Origin: an uncultured Thermus sp.
Lineage (GTDB): Bacteria > Deinococcota > Deinococci > Deinococcales > Thermaceae
Length of the DNA stretch: 64,000 nt
Direction of reading: 5' to 3'
NCBI GenBank assembly: GCA_947085095.1
Contig: CAMTVD010000012.1
Coordinates: 1 to 64,000, forward strand
Both the position numbers and the translations under genes were made by a program. Shown piece by piece: positions 48,192 to 58,105 of this stretch (the first letter of the stretch is position 1; every line of letters starts with the position of its first letter). Under the pieces are notes generated by a model. The model was given only the letters and a program-made list of their open reading frames with translations. It had not been told where the DNA came from and did no database searches.

Positions 48192-48548
48192 CTAGGACCG
48201 CCTTTTTTGCGTTTCCGCATACACGTCGCGGAAAACCCCAGGGATAGGAGCGTGGGGCTTGTGCACCCGCACCCGCACCCCCAGGAGGCGGGGAAAGGCC
48301 TGAAGGAGGGCTTCCGCCAGGTGGTCGGCCAGGGCCTCTATGAGGTAGAAGCGGCGGTGGCGCACCGCCTCCTCCACCAGGACGTAGACCTGGGCGTAGT
48401 CCACGGTCTCCTCGAGGCGGTCCCCCTTGCCCTCAAAGGCCACCTCCAGCCAGAGGTCCACCACGAACCGGGCCCCAAGCCGCCCCTCCTCGGGCATGAC
48501 CCCGTGCCGCCCGTAGAACTCTAGGCCCAAAAGGGCGATCTCCCCCAT
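48192..48548 (-). CDS. folB: Dihydroneopterin aldolase
   Basis: FYGRHGV..EE, TVDYA, LIEALA, KPHAPI. Confidence 0.95.
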   Translation of the reverse strand: MGEIALLGLEFYGRHGVMPEEGRLGARFVVDLWLEVAFEGKGDRLEETVDYAQVYVLVEEAVRHRRFYLIEALADHLAEALLQAFPRLLGVRVRVHKPHAPIPGVFRDVYAETQKRRS

Positions 48549-48550
48549 CC

Positions 48551-49369
48551 CTACCCCCAGAGGGCGTTCCAGACCGCAAGGGCCTCCCGGTGAGCCTTGA
48601 CGTCGTGGACCCGCAGGAGCCTGGCCCCCTTCGTCACGGCGTAGAGGTGGGCGGCCACGGAGCCATGGACCCGGTCCTTGGGCACCTCCACCCCCGTGAG
48701 CTCCCCGATCATGCGCTTCCGGGAAAGCCCCACCAAAACAGGGTGGCCCAGATCCAGGATGGATTCCAGATGGCGGAGGAGGGCCAGGTTGTGGGGGAGG
48801 AGCTTCCCGAAGCCGAACCCCGGGTCCAGGACCACCTGGGGCACCCCGGCCCTTAGGGCCTTTTCCGCCTGGGCCTTTAAAAAGGCCCTCACCTCGGCCA
48901 CCACGTCCCCGTAGTGGGCGTGGGCCATCATGGTCTTGGGGTCGGGCACGGGCATGTGCATGATGACCGCTGGCACCCCGAAGCGGGCCGCCAGGGCCAC
49001 CATGCGCTCGTCCCTTAGGCCCGTCACGTCGTTCAAGAGGTGGGCCCCCATCCTTAGGGCCTCCTCGGCCACCTGGGGCTTGCGGGTGTCCACGGAGACG
49101 GGTATGCCCAGGGAGAGGACAGCCTCCAAGGCGGGAAGAAGCCTGCGCTTCTCCTCCTCCACCGGCACGGGCTCGGCCCCGGGGCGGGTGGACTCGGCCC
49201 CCAGGTCCAAAAGGTCCGCCCCTTCGGCCACCATCTCCCGGGCCCTTTGGAGGGCCACCTCTGGGTCCAGGTAGAGGCCGCCATCGGAAAAGGAGTCGGG
49301 GGTGAGGTTCAGGATGCCCATGATCCTGGGGCGGGAGAGGTCCAGGGCGCGGTCGCGGAGCCAGAGCAC
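48551..49369 (-). CDS. folP: Dihydropteroate synthase
   Basis: MGILNLTPDSFSDGG, ESTRPG, DPGFGFGK, SRK, RVHDV. Confidence 0.96.
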   Translation of the reverse strand: MLWLRDRALDLSRPRIMGILNLTPDSFSDGGLYLDPEVALQRAREMVAEGADLLDLGAESTRPGAEPVPVEEEKRRLLPALEAVLSLGIPVSVDTRKPQVAEEALRMGAHLLNDVTGLRDERMVALAARFGVPAVIMHMPVPDPKTMMAHAHYGDVVAEVRAFLKAQAEKALRAGVPQVVLDPGFGFGKLLPHNLALLRHLESILDLGHPVLVGLSRKRMIGELTGVEVPKDRVHGSVAAHLYAVTKGARLLRVHDVKAHREALAVWNALWG

Positions 49370-49401
49370 GCCTAGGATTATAGTGGGCTTAGGAGGAAAA
49401 C

Positions 49402-49881
49402 ATGGTGCGGCTCCTGGCGGCGGTGGACCTGGGCGAGACCCTGGCGGCGGTGGTGGAGACGGCCCGGTACCTGCAAGGGGGGCTGGGGGTGCCTGCGGAG
49501 CTCCTCCACGTGGTGCCTACCCCCTACCTCGAGGCCCTCACCCAGCGCTTCCCCGAACTCTCCCCCAAGGTGGAGGAAACCCTGCGCCTGGCCGAGGAAA
49601 GGGTGCGGGAGGCCCTCGCCGGGACCGGCCTACCGGTCCGGGTGCTCCGGGGATTCCCCGCCCAGGTGGTGGCCGGGGAAGGGCTTAAAAGCCGCCTGGT
49701 CCTCCTGGGCCACCGGGGGACGGGGACCCTGGAGGCCCTGGCCCGGGGAGGGCTTGCCCGCTACCTCCTCCACCGGGGAGAGGTGCCGGTCCTCCTCCTG
49801 CCCAAGAGCCTGAACGGGGTGCAGCGCATCGCCGTGGGCCTGGACGATAGTCTTATCGTCCCCGAGGCCACGGTCTGGTAA
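49402..49881 (+). CDS. Universal stress protein, apparently internally deleted
   Basis: One full USP domain, then the start of a second (RIAVGLDDS) joined directly to LIVP. Confidence 0.7.
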   Translation: MVRLLAAVDLGETLAAVVETARYLQGGLGVPAELLHVVPTPYLEALTQRFPELSPKVEETLRLAEERVREALAGTGLPVRVLRGFPAQVVAGEGLKSRLVLLGHRGTGTLEALARGGLARYLLHRGEVPVLLLPKSLNGVQRIAVGLDDSLIVPEATVW

Positions 49882-49891
49882 GGTAGACCCC

Positions 49892-51100
49892 ATGCGCCAC
49901 GGGCCCAGCTGGTTCCTCCGCCTTTCCGCCTACTGGTTCTCCACCAGCTTCAAGTGGTTTCTGGTCCTCCTGGTCATCCTCCCCGCCAAGGTGGCGGAGC
50001 TCTCCCCCCCCGAGGAGAAGGCCACCCGGCTGGGCTTCCTGTTTGGCCTGGGGGCGGTGATGGCCATCCTGGGGCCTCCCATCATGGGCTACCTCTCGGA
50101 CCGCCTGGGGAGAAGGCGGCCCTTTCTCCTTTGGGGAAGCCTCCTCACCGCCTTCGCCCTCCTCCTCTTGGTCCACGCCCAAAGTTACGCCCTCCTCCTC
50201 CTGGCCTACCTCCTCCTCCAGCTCGCGGACGACCTGGCCACCGGGCCCTACTCCGCCCTTATCCCCGACCTGGTACCCAAGGGGGAGCGGGGCACGGCCT
50301 CGGGGTACATGGGGGTGTTGCAGGTTTCGGGGCAGGTCCTGGGGGGGATGGTGGGCTTCCTCCTGCCCCTAGAGCCCCAGGCCTACCTGGCGGCCCTTTT
50401 GAACCTCCTGGGGGCCGCTTTAAGCCTCTCCCTGGTGCCGGACCGCCTGCCCAAGGCCAACCCCCGCCCCTTCCTCCCCGCCATGGCCGCCCCCTGGCAG
50501 GACCGGGACTTCTTCCTGGTCTACCTCACCCGCTTTTTGGTCATGCTGGGCTTCTACCTGGCCCAGACCTACCTGCAGTACTTCCTGGCGGACGTGGTGC
50601 GGGTCTTCCAGGCCCTGGGGCGCACCCTCACGGAGGAGCCCTTCCAGGCGGTGGCCCTCCTGGGCCTCCTCATCTCCTTAGGGGCGGCCTTGGCCAGCGT
50701 GCCCGCGGGCCGGGCCTCGGATAGGCTGGGGCGGAAGCCCCTCATCTACCTCTCGGGAGCGGGGCTGGGTCTCCTCATGCCCTTCATCCTCTCCTTCCCC
50801 CGCTACGACCTCCTCCTCTTCCTCTCCCTCTTCTTCGGCCTCTTCTACGGGATTTACCTGGCGGTGGACTGGGCCCTGGTGGCCGATGTCCTCAAGGACC
50901 CCGAGGCCCACGCCACGGAGATGGGCCTGTGGCAGACCTCCATCGTGGTGCCCCAGGTGCTGGCCGGGGCCTTCGGCCGGCCCTTGGACCTCCTCAATGC
51001 GGCAAGCCCGGGCCTGGGCTACACCGTCCTCTTCCTCCTGGCGGGGCTCTTTTTCCTCCTGGGGGCCTTTCTAGTAGCCGGCATAAAGCGGGCCCGGTAG
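49892..51100 (+). CDS. MFS transporter
   Basis: GYLSDRLGRRRPF and RASDRLGRK motifs. Confidence 0.88.
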   Translation: MRHGPSWFLRLSAYWFSTSFKWFLVLLVILPAKVAELSPPEEKATRLGFLFGLGAVMAILGPPIMGYLSDRLGRRRPFLLWGSLLTAFALLLLVHAQSYALLLLAYLLLQLADDLATGPYSALIPDLVPKGERGTASGYMGVLQVSGQVLGGMVGFLLPLEPQAYLAALLNLLGAALSLSLVPDRLPKANPRPFLPAMAAPWQDRDFFLVYLTRFLVMLGFYLAQTYLQYFLADVVRVFQALGRTLTEEPFQAVALLGLLISLGAALASVPAGRASDRLGRKPLIYLSGAGLGLLMPFILSFPRYDLLLFLSLFFGLFYGIYLAVDWALVADVLKDPEAHATEMGLWQTSIVVPQVLAGAFGRPLDLLNAASPGLGYTVLFLLAGLFFLLGAFLVAGIKRAR

Positions 51101-51188
51101 TGCATATTTGTGCAGGTTTGAGAAAACGCCGTGTTGACGCCCCCTTTCCTTCTCGTTTAGGATGGGGCGGGTTTTTCTGGAGGGAAAC

Positions 51189-51728
51189 ATGCGCGCACTC
51201 CTGGCTCTGGCCAAAGCCATAGACGTCCTCAGCGAGGGGGTGGGCCGGATTATCGCCTGGCTAACCCTCTTGGTGGCCCTTCTTTCCGCAGGGAACGCCC
51301 TCATGCGCTACGGCTTCAGCTACAGCTCCAACGCCTACCTCGAGGCCCAGTGGTACATGTTCAGCCTCATCTTCCTCCTGGGAGGGGCCTACGCCTTGAA
51401 GAAGAACGCCCACGTGCGCATTGACCTCATCTACGGCCGCCTCTCCCCGCGGACCCGGGCCTGGATAGACCTCCTGGGCACCCTCCTCTTCCTCATCCCC
51501 ATGGCCCTCGGGGTCCTCTACCTGGCCTGGCCCTGGGCCATGACCAGCCTGGCCATCCGGGAAACCTCCCCTGACGTGGGCGGGCTTCCCCGCTGGCCCA
51601 TCAAGCTGGCCCTCCTCGTGGGCTTCGCCCTCCTGGCCCTCCAAGGCCTCTCCGAGCTCATTAAGCGGATCGCCTTCCTGGCAGGGGTCTACGCTCTGGC
51701 AGAAGAAAAGGGGAGGGGGGTGGAGTGA
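51189..51728 (+). CDS. dctQ: TRAP transporter small permease
   Basis: EAQWYMFS, HVRIDLIY, ETSPD.GGL..WPIK. Confidence 0.9.
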   Translation: MRALLALAKAIDVLSEGVGRIIAWLTLLVALLSAGNALMRYGFSYSSNAYLEAQWYMFSLIFLLGGAYALKKNAHVRIDLIYGRLSPRTRAWIDLLGTLLFLIPMALGVLYLAWPWAMTSLAIRETSPDVGGLPRWPIKLALLVGFALLALQGLSELIKRIAFLAGVYALAEEKGRGVE

Positions 51729-53218
51729 TGGACCTCCATGCCCTCATGCCCCCCTTGATGTTCCTGGCCCTCATCCTCTTTCTCCTCTCCGGCTACCCGG
51801 TGGCCTTCGCCCTGGGGGCCACGGGCATCGTCTTCGGCTTTTTGGGCATCGCCCTGGACCTCTTCCCCCCCGCTCTCCTCCGGGCCATGCCCGACCGCAT
51901 CTTCGGCATCATGTCCAACCAGCTCCTCCTGGCCATTCCCTTCTTCACCCTCATGGGCATCATCCTGGAGCGGAGCGGCCTGGCAGAGGACCTCCTGGAC
52001 ACCATGGGCAAGCTCTTCGGGCCCCTTAGGGGAGGGCTCGCCCTGAGCGTGGTCTTCGTGGGGGCCATCCTGGCGGCCACCACCGGGGTGGTGGCCGCCA
52101 GCGTCATGGCCATGGGCATCATCTCCCTGCCCATCATGCTCAAGTACGGCTACAACCCCCGGTTGGCCAGCGGGGTGATCCTGGGCTCCGCCACTCTGGC
52201 CCAGATCATCCCCCCCAGCGTGGTGCTCATCGTCCTGGCGGACCAGCTGGGAGTGAGCGTGGGGGACATGTACCGGGCGGCCCTGATCCCCGCAGGCCTC
52301 ACCGTGGGCCTCTACTTCCTCTACGTGATCTACGTGGCCCTTTTCCGGCCCAAGTGGGCCCCGGCCCTCCCCCTCGAGGCCCGCCCCGATGCCGGCAAGG
52401 AGCCCGAGGCCGCCTTCGCCCTCCTCTCCTACCTCCTGGTGGGGGTGGGGGCCTGGAGGCTTGGGGAGTTCCTCCACCTGCCCGCCTGGCTTGAGGGCCT
52501 CGAGGTCCTCCTGGGGCTCTTCCTCTGGACCCTCATCCTCCTTCCCCACATCCGCAAAAACCCCCTCCTCCGGCGGGCCCTCCTCTCCATGGTCCCCCCC
52601 CTGGTCCTCATCTTCCTGGTCCTGGGCACCGTCCTCCTGGGGATGGCCACCCCCACGGAGGCGGGGGCCATGGGGGTGGTGGGGGTCCTGATCCTGGCGG
52701 CCCTGAACCGACGCCTCTCCTTCCGGGTCCTCTACCAGGCCATGGAGCAGACCGCCACCCTCACCGCCTTCGTCATCTTCATCCTCATCGGCTCCACCCT
52801 CTTCAGCCTGGTCTTCCGGGGGGTGGACGGGGACCTGTGGGTGGAGGGGTTCTTCAAGGGGCTTCCCGGGGGAGAGGCGGGTTTCATCCTCTTCGTCATG
52901 GTCCTGGTCTTCCTTCTTGGCTTCTTCATTGATTTCTTTGAGATCGCCTTCATCGCCCTGCCCCTCTTGGCCATCGGAGCGGAAGCCCTGGGCATTGATA
53001 AGCTCTGGTTTGGCCTCCTGGTGGGGGTGAACCTCCAGACCTCCTTCCTCACCCCTCCCTTCGGCTTCGCCCTCTTCTACCTCCGCAACGTGGCCCCCAG
53101 GGAGGTGAAGACCGGGGACATCTACCTGGGGGGGATCCCCTTCATCTTCCTCCAGCTTCTGGTCCTGGTCTTCGTCTACTTCCTGCGGGAGCCCATCCTG
53201 CGCTTCGTGGGGAACTAG
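51725..53218 (+). CDS. dctM: TRAP transporter large permease
   Basis: GYPVAF, LAIPFF, IIPPS, TPTEAGA, QTSFLTPPFGF. Confidence 0.92.
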   Translation: MMDLHALMPPLMFLALILFLLSGYPVAFALGATGIVFGFLGIALDLFPPALLRAMPDRIFGIMSNQLLLAIPFFTLMGIILERSGLAEDLLDTMGKLFGPLRGGLALSVVFVGAILAATTGVVAASVMAMGIISLPIMLKYGYNPRLASGVILGSATLAQIIPPSVVLIVLADQLGVSVGDMYRAALIPAGLTVGLYFLYVIYVALFRPKWAPALPLEARPDAGKEPEAAFALLSYLLVGVGAWRLGEFLHLPAWLEGLEVLLGLFLWTLILLPHIRKNPLLRRALLSMVPPLVLIFLVLGTVLLGMATPTEAGAMGVVGVLILAALNRRLSFRVLYQAMEQTATLTAFVIFILIGSTLFSLVFRGVDGDLWVEGFFKGLPGGEAGFILFVMVLVFLLGFFIDFFEIAFIALPLLAIGAEALGIDKLWFGLLVGVNLQTSFLTPPFGFALFYLRNVAPREVKTGDIYLGGIPFIFLQLLVLVFVYFLREPILRFVGN

Positions 53219-53269
53219 GGCGGGTCCCAGGCCCCCTGCCACCCCATCCACGAGGGGGTGGCATTAAAG

Positions 53270-53298
53270 AAACCCCCGGGGTGGCCCCGGGGGTTCCC
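53270..53298. terminator. Hairpin between convergent dctM and dctP
   Basis: AACCCCCGGGG-TGG-CCCCGGGGGTT; U-tract on the minus strand. Confidence 0.7.
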
Positions 53299-53309
53299 AT
53301 ATGAAGGGT

Positions 53310-54389
53310 CTAGACAGCGGGGAAAGCGAACTGCTCGTAGCCCAGCTCCGCCACCCCGAACCAGCGGTACTGCTCCTCCCGGAACTTCTTCCAGGCGGTG
53401 TAGACCCTGCGGTAGGTGGCGTCCTTGGCCGCCTCCTCCTCGTACCAGTCAAAGGCTGCCTTCTGGGCCGCCTTCATTACGTCAGCGGGCCACTTGCGCA
53501 ACCGCACCCCCGCCTTGATGAGCCGCTGGAGGGCAGGGGGGTTCACCTGGTCGTACTTGGCCAGCATGGACAGGTTGGCCTCGGCGGCCGCCACCTCGAG
53601 GGCCTGCTGGTATTCCTTGGGAAGCTTCTGCCACGCCTTCAGGTTGACGTAGAAGGAAAGCTGAGGGCCGGGTTCCCAAAAGCCAGGGTAGTAGTAGTAC
53701 TTGGCCACCTTGTAAAAGCCCAGCTTCTCGTCGTCGTAGGGCCCCACCCACTCGGCGGCGTCCACCACACCCCGCTCCAGGGCCGGGTAGATGTCCCCAC
53801 CCGCCAGCACCTGGGGCACCACCCCAAGCCGGCTCATCACCTGGCCGCCCGGGCCGGGGATACGCATCTTGAGGCCCTTGAGATCGGCCACGCCCTTGAT
53901 CTCCCTGCGGAACCAGCCCCCCATCTGGGCCCCGGTGTTGCCGCCGGGGAACTGGATGATGCCAAAGTCGGCAAAGATGGGGCGGAAAAGCTCAATACCG
54001 CCGCCATAGTACATCCAGGCGTTCTGCTGCCGGGCGGTGAGGCCGAAGGGCACTGCGGCGTCAAAGGCGAAAACCGCTGCCTTGCCCACGAAATAGTAGC
54101 TGGCGGTGTGGCCGATCTCCACCGTGCCCTGCTGCACGGCATCCATAACCTGCAGGCCAGGCACCAGCTCCCCCGCCTGGTAGGGGCGGATCTGGAAGCG
54201 CCCTCCCGTGAGCTCCGAAACCCGCCCCGCCAGGACATCCGCCGCCCCGTAGATGGTGTCCAGGGCCTTGGGGAAGCTACTGGCCAAACGCCAGCGCACC
54301 GTGGGGGCCGCCTGGGCAAACACGGGACCGAAGGCCGCGCTGGCCGCTACACCGATGCCTGCCTTCTTCAGAAAGTCACGCCGCTTCAT
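53310..54389 (-). CDS. dctP: TRAP substrate-binding protein (TakP-like, 2-oxo/monocarboxylate) with Tat signal
   Basis: MKRRDFLKK; GNTGAQMGGWF, KMRIPG, EWVGPYDD, PGFWEPG. Confidence 0.9.
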   Translation of the reverse strand: MKRRDFLKKAGIGVAASAAFGPVFAQAAPTVRWRLASSFPKALDTIYGAADVLAGRVSELTGGRFQIRPYQAGELVPGLQVMDAVQQGTVEIGHTASYYFVGKAAVFAFDAAVPFGLTARQQNAWMYYGGGIELFRPIFADFGIIQFPGGNTGAQMGGWFRREIKGVADLKGLKMRIPGPGGQVMSRLGVVPQVLAGGDIYPALERGVVDAAEWVGPYDDEKLGFYKVAKYYYYPGFWEPGPQLSFYVNLKAWQKLPKEYQQALEVAAAEANLSMLAKYDQVNPPALQRLIKAGVRLRKWPADVMKAAQKAAFDWYEEEAAKDATYRRVYTAWKKFREEQYRWFGVAELGYEQFAFPAV

Positions 54390-54469
54390 TTTGACCTCCT
54401 TCGCGGTCCGGGGGGATTATACCCCAGGCCCTAGGGGTTTTGGCAAGCCCCCTTAGCATAAAGTTGCGG

Positions 54470-54943
54470 TCAGTAGAGGTAAAAGTGGGTCTCCGCCACC
54501 CCGTAGCCCCGGGCCCCAGAGGCCTCCAGGTAAACCCGAAGCCGGGCGTCCCAGTCCGTGTAGACCCCTTCTATCCGCACCCGGGGGGACGGGGGGGCCT
54601 CGGTGTAGACCGCCCGCACCCGGTGGAGGCCCCTGGGGGGTATCAGGCGGTAGCGGTAGGCCCCCCGGGGAAGGAGGTGGGTGCCCCGCTCCAGGTAGAG
54701 GCGGTCCAGCTCATAGGTGCGCCCGTCGGGGTCTATGACCACCAGGCTCACCCAGCCGGGGCGGTCCAGGGTGAGCAGGAAGCGGATCTCCTCCCCCACG
54801 AAGTAGGTGGCCCCCGCCCCCCGGTCCGGCTCAAAGCGCAGGATGGCGGGGCTGAGGTCCAAACGGTAGGTGAGGGTGAGCCCCTCGAGGGTGATGGTGC
54901 AGGCGGAAAGGAGTCCCGCCAGCAAGACCAGAAGTGGCCGCAT
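54470..54943 (-). CDS. Lipoprotein, DUF4384-like
   Basis: LLSAC lipobox; YFVGEEIRF..IDPDG. Confidence 0.7.
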   Translation of the reverse strand: MRPLLVLLAGLLSACTITLEGLTLTYRLDLSPAILRFEPDRGAGATYFVGEEIRFLLTLDRPGWVSLVVIDPDGRTYELDRLYLERGTHLLPRGAYRYRLIPPRGLHRVRAVYTEAPPSPRVRIEGVYTDWDARLRVYLEASGARGYGVAETHFYLY

Positions 54944-54978
54944 AGGCACCTCCCCCCTCAGCTTACTCCTGGCCTGGC

Positions 54979-55584
54979 TCAAGGTTCTTGGGGAAACCTT
55001 AAGGGAGCCTGGGCCACGGGGGCGAAGCGCCGCCTGTGGACAGGGGAAGGCCCCAGGGCGAGGAGGGCCTCCTGGTGCTCGGGGGTGCCGTAGCCCTTGT
55101 GCCGGGCGAAGCCATAGCCGGGGTAGAGGCGGTCCAGCTCCGCCATGAGGCGGTCCCGGTGCACCTTGGCCAGGATGCTGGCCGCGGCCACGCTGGGGCT
55201 ATGCTGGTCCGCCCTGGGCGGGGAGAGGAGGGGAAGGGGCGTGGGCACAGGGAGGTAGTCCGTTACCAGGGCCTCGGGAGGAAGGGGCAGGGCGGCCAAA
55301 GCCCTTTCCGCCGCCAAAAGGGTGGCCCTCAAGACCCCTAGCCGGTCCACCTCCTCCGCCTCCGCCAGGCCCAGGGCGTGGGCCAGGGCCACCCGCCCCA
55401 CCTCCTCCGCCAGGGCCTCCCGGGCCTTGGGGGAGAGAAGCTTGGAGTCCCGAAAAGAATAGCGCCCCGGGGGGAGGACCACCGCCCCCACCACGATGGG
55501 CCCGGCCCAGGCCCCCCGGCCCGCCTCGTCCACCCCGGCCACCCTCAGGCCCAGGGCCCAGAACCCGGCCTCGAGGCCCTCCAT
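54979..55584 (-). CDS. rnhB: Ribonuclease HII
   Basis: AGVDEAGRG, DSKLL, AASILAKVHRD, HKGYGT. Confidence 0.96.
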   Translation of the reverse strand: MEGLEAGFWALGLRVAGVDEAGRGAWAGPIVVGAVVLPPGRYSFRDSKLLSPKAREALAEEVGRVALAHALGLAEAEEVDRLGVLRATLLAAERALAALPLPPEALVTDYLPVPTPLPLLSPPRADQHSPSVAAASILAKVHRDRLMAELDRLYPGYGFARHKGYGTPEHQEALLALGPSPVHRRRFAPVAQAPLRFPQEP

Positions 55585-55649
55585 CGCGTGGGATTATATT
55601 CCTTCGGGAAAGGTGCACCCCTTGGACCAGCTTGGGCTACTATAGCCCT

Positions 55650-57656
55650 ATGCGGGCCACCTGCCCCTTGGACTGCCCCGATGCCTGCAGCCTCCGCCTC
55701 ACCTTCCAGGAGGGGAGGCTTGCCAAGGTGGAGGGGGACCCCCGCCACCCCATCACCCGGGGCTTCGCCTGCGCCAAGACCTACCGCTACCCGGAAAGAG
55801 TCAGGGAAAGGCTCCTCTACCCCATGCGCCGGGTGGGGCGGAAGGGGGAGGGGCGGTTTAGGCGGGTCTCCTGGGAGGAGGCCCTTTCCGCCATCGCGGG
55901 AAGGCTAAAGGAAATCCTGAACCGGGAGGGGGGCGAGGCCGTCCTCCCCTACCACTACGCCGGGACCATGGGCCTCATAGAGAACCAGCACCCCCTGGCC
56001 TTCTTCCGGGCCATCGGGGCGAGCGAGCTCCTGGAGACCATCTGCGCCACCGCGGGGAGCGCCGCCTGGGAGATGACCTACGGCCCCCGCCTGGCCCCGG
56101 ACCCCGAGGAAATCCCGGAAAACGCCCGCTACATCCTCCTCTGGGGCATCAACAGCCTTGCCACCAACAGCCACCTCACCCCCTTCCTCAAGGAGGCGAG
56201 GAGGCGGGGGGCAAGAATCGTCCACATTGACCCTTACGAAAACCTCACCAGCCGCTTCGCCGACTGGCACATCAAGCTCCGCCCCGGCACCGACGCCGCC
56301 TTAGCCTACGCCATCGCCCACATCCTCTTCCAAGAGGGCTTGGTGGACGAAGGCTATCTGGAAGAGGTGGCCACGGGGCTTCAGGCCTTCCGGGAGGAGG
56401 CGGAGAGGTGGACCCCCAAGCGGGCCTCCGCCCTCACCGGGGTCCCCGAGGAGGCCATCCTCCGCCTGGCCCGGGAGATGGGGGAGAGAAAGAGGGTCTT
56501 CCTCCGGGTGGGCTACGGGATGACCCGCCACCCGGGGGGCGGGAACGCCCTCAGGGCCGCGATCCTCCTCCCCGCCCTCCTCGGGGCCTGGCGCTACCCG
56601 GGGTGCGGGGCCATGCTCTCCACCAGCGGGGCCTTCTTCCTGAACAAGCGCTTCCTGGGCGGGCGGCACCTTTTGCAGGGGAAGCACCTCCACGAGGGGT
56701 ACTTCCGGCCCAACCCCGGGGCGCGGGCCGTCAACATGAACCAGCTGGGGACCGCCCTCACCGAGCTGAAGCCCCCCATCAGGGCCCTCTTTGTCTTCAA
56801 CTCCAACCCCCTGGTGGTGGCCCCGGACACCGGGAGGGTGAAGGAGGGCCTAGAGCGGGAGGACCTCTTCACCGTGGTCCTGGAGCAGGTGATGACGGAA
56901 ACCGCCCTCTACGCCGACTACCTCCTCCCCGCCACCCTCTTCTACGAGCACCCGGACCTCTACACCAGCTACGGCCACTACCACCTCTCCTGGAACGAGC
57001 CCTTGGCCGATCCGGAAGGGGAGGCTAGGCCCAACACCTGGGTCTTCCGGGAGCTGGCGAAAAGGCTTGGCCTCAAGGAGCCCACCCTCTACTGGGGCGC
57101 CGAGGAGGTAGCCCAGAGCCTCCTCCAAACCGACCACCCCTTCCTCCAGGGGATCACCCTAAAGAGGCTCAAGGAGGAGGGCTTCGTCAAGCTGAACCTT
57201 CCCAAGCCCTTCCTCCCCTTCGCCCAGGGGCCGGTGCGCTTCAGCCCCCCGCCCGCGGTGATCCCCACCGAGCCCCTGCCCGGCTACCCCCTGATCCTCC
57301 TCACCCCCCCGGCCCACCGCTTCCTCAACACCACCTACGGGAACGTGGAGGCCCTGGTGGAGGCGGAAGGGGGGGAGCCCCGCCTCCTCATCCACCCCGA
57401 GGACGCCAAGGCCCGGGGGCTTTCCACGGGAATGCTGGCCTACATCCGCTCCCCCCAGGGCCAGGTGGTGCGCAAGGTGGAGGTCAGCGAGGCCCCCATC
57501 CCGGGGACGGTGGTCCTCGAGGGCACCTGGTGGGAGAAGTGGGCCCCGGACGGCAAGGGGGTGAACCACCTCACCTCGGAAAGGCTCACGGACCTGGGGG
57601 GCGGGAGCACCTTCCACAGCACCCCGGTGGAGGTGGAGCCCCTTCGCCTGGCCTGA
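55650..57656 (+). CDS. Molybdopterin oxidoreductase (DMSO reductase family, YoaE-like)
   Basis: CPLDCPDAC...CAK 4Fe-4S motif, TICA, LRPGTD, SNP, TETA.YAD.LLPA, IHPEDA; no Tat signal. Confidence 0.9.
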   Translation: MRATCPLDCPDACSLRLTFQEGRLAKVEGDPRHPITRGFACAKTYRYPERVRERLLYPMRRVGRKGEGRFRRVSWEEALSAIAGRLKEILNREGGEAVLPYHYAGTMGLIENQHPLAFFRAIGASELLETICATAGSAAWEMTYGPRLAPDPEEIPENARYILLWGINSLATNSHLTPFLKEARRRGARIVHIDPYENLTSRFADWHIKLRPGTDAALAYAIAHILFQEGLVDEGYLEEVATGLQAFREEAERWTPKRASALTGVPEEAILRLAREMGERKRVFLRVGYGMTRHPGGGNALRAAILLPALLGAWRYPGCGAMLSTSGAFFLNKRFLGGRHLLQGKHLHEGYFRPNPGARAVNMNQLGTALTELKPPIRALFVFNSNPLVVAPDTGRVKEGLEREDLFTVVLEQVMTETALYADYLLPATLFYEHPDLYTSYGHYHLSWNEPLADPEGEARPNTWVFRELAKRLGLKEPTLYWGAEEVAQSLLQTDHPFLQGITLKRLKEEGFVKLNLPKPFLPFAQGPVRFSPPPAVIPTEPLPGYPLILLTPPAHRFLNTTYGNVEALVEAEGGEPRLLIHPEDAKARGLSTGMLAYIRSPQGQVVRKVEVSEAPIPGTVVLEGTWWEKWAPDGKGVNHLTSERLTDLGGGSTFHSTPVEVEPLRLA

Positions 57657-57694
57657 GATTTGCGCCCAGGCCACAATCCTGGTAGCCTTAGGGA

Positions 57695-58105
57695 ATGGTG
57701 AAGCGCTCCGTGGCCCTGGCCGCCTGGGGGAAGGAGGGGCTCCTCCTGGTGAAACGCCCCGAGGAGGAGGCCGAGTTTCCCGGGGTCTATGGCCTGCCCG
57801 CGGTGAGCCTCCAAGAAGGGGAAAGCCTGGAGGAGGCGGCGAGGCGGGTGGCCCAGGAGAAGCTTTCCGCCGAGGTCCGCCTCCGCCACCCCGTGGCCTT
57901 CGGCCGGGAGGAGCGGCCGGGGTACACCCTGGAGCTTTGGGTCTTTGAGGCCGACCTCCTTTCGCCTCCTCGCCTCCCCGCACCCAAGCCGGGAAAGACC
58001 TATTACACCGCCTTCCGCTTTGGCCGCCCCGAGGACCTCAAGGGGGCGGCCAGGAGGGGCTCCTTGTGCAGCCGCCTCTACCTGGCGGTGAAGGTGGGGT
58101 GCTGA
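57695..58105 (+). CDS. Nudix-fold protein (degenerate box)
   Basis: GLPAVSLQEGESLEEAARRVAQEKL. Confidence 0.75.
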   Translation: MVKRSVALAAWGKEGLLLVKRPEEEAEFPGVYGLPAVSLQEGESLEEAARRVAQEKLSAEVRLRHPVAFGREERPGYTLELWVFEADLLSPPRLPAPKPGKTYYTAFRFGRPEDLKGAARRGSLCSRLYLAVKVGC

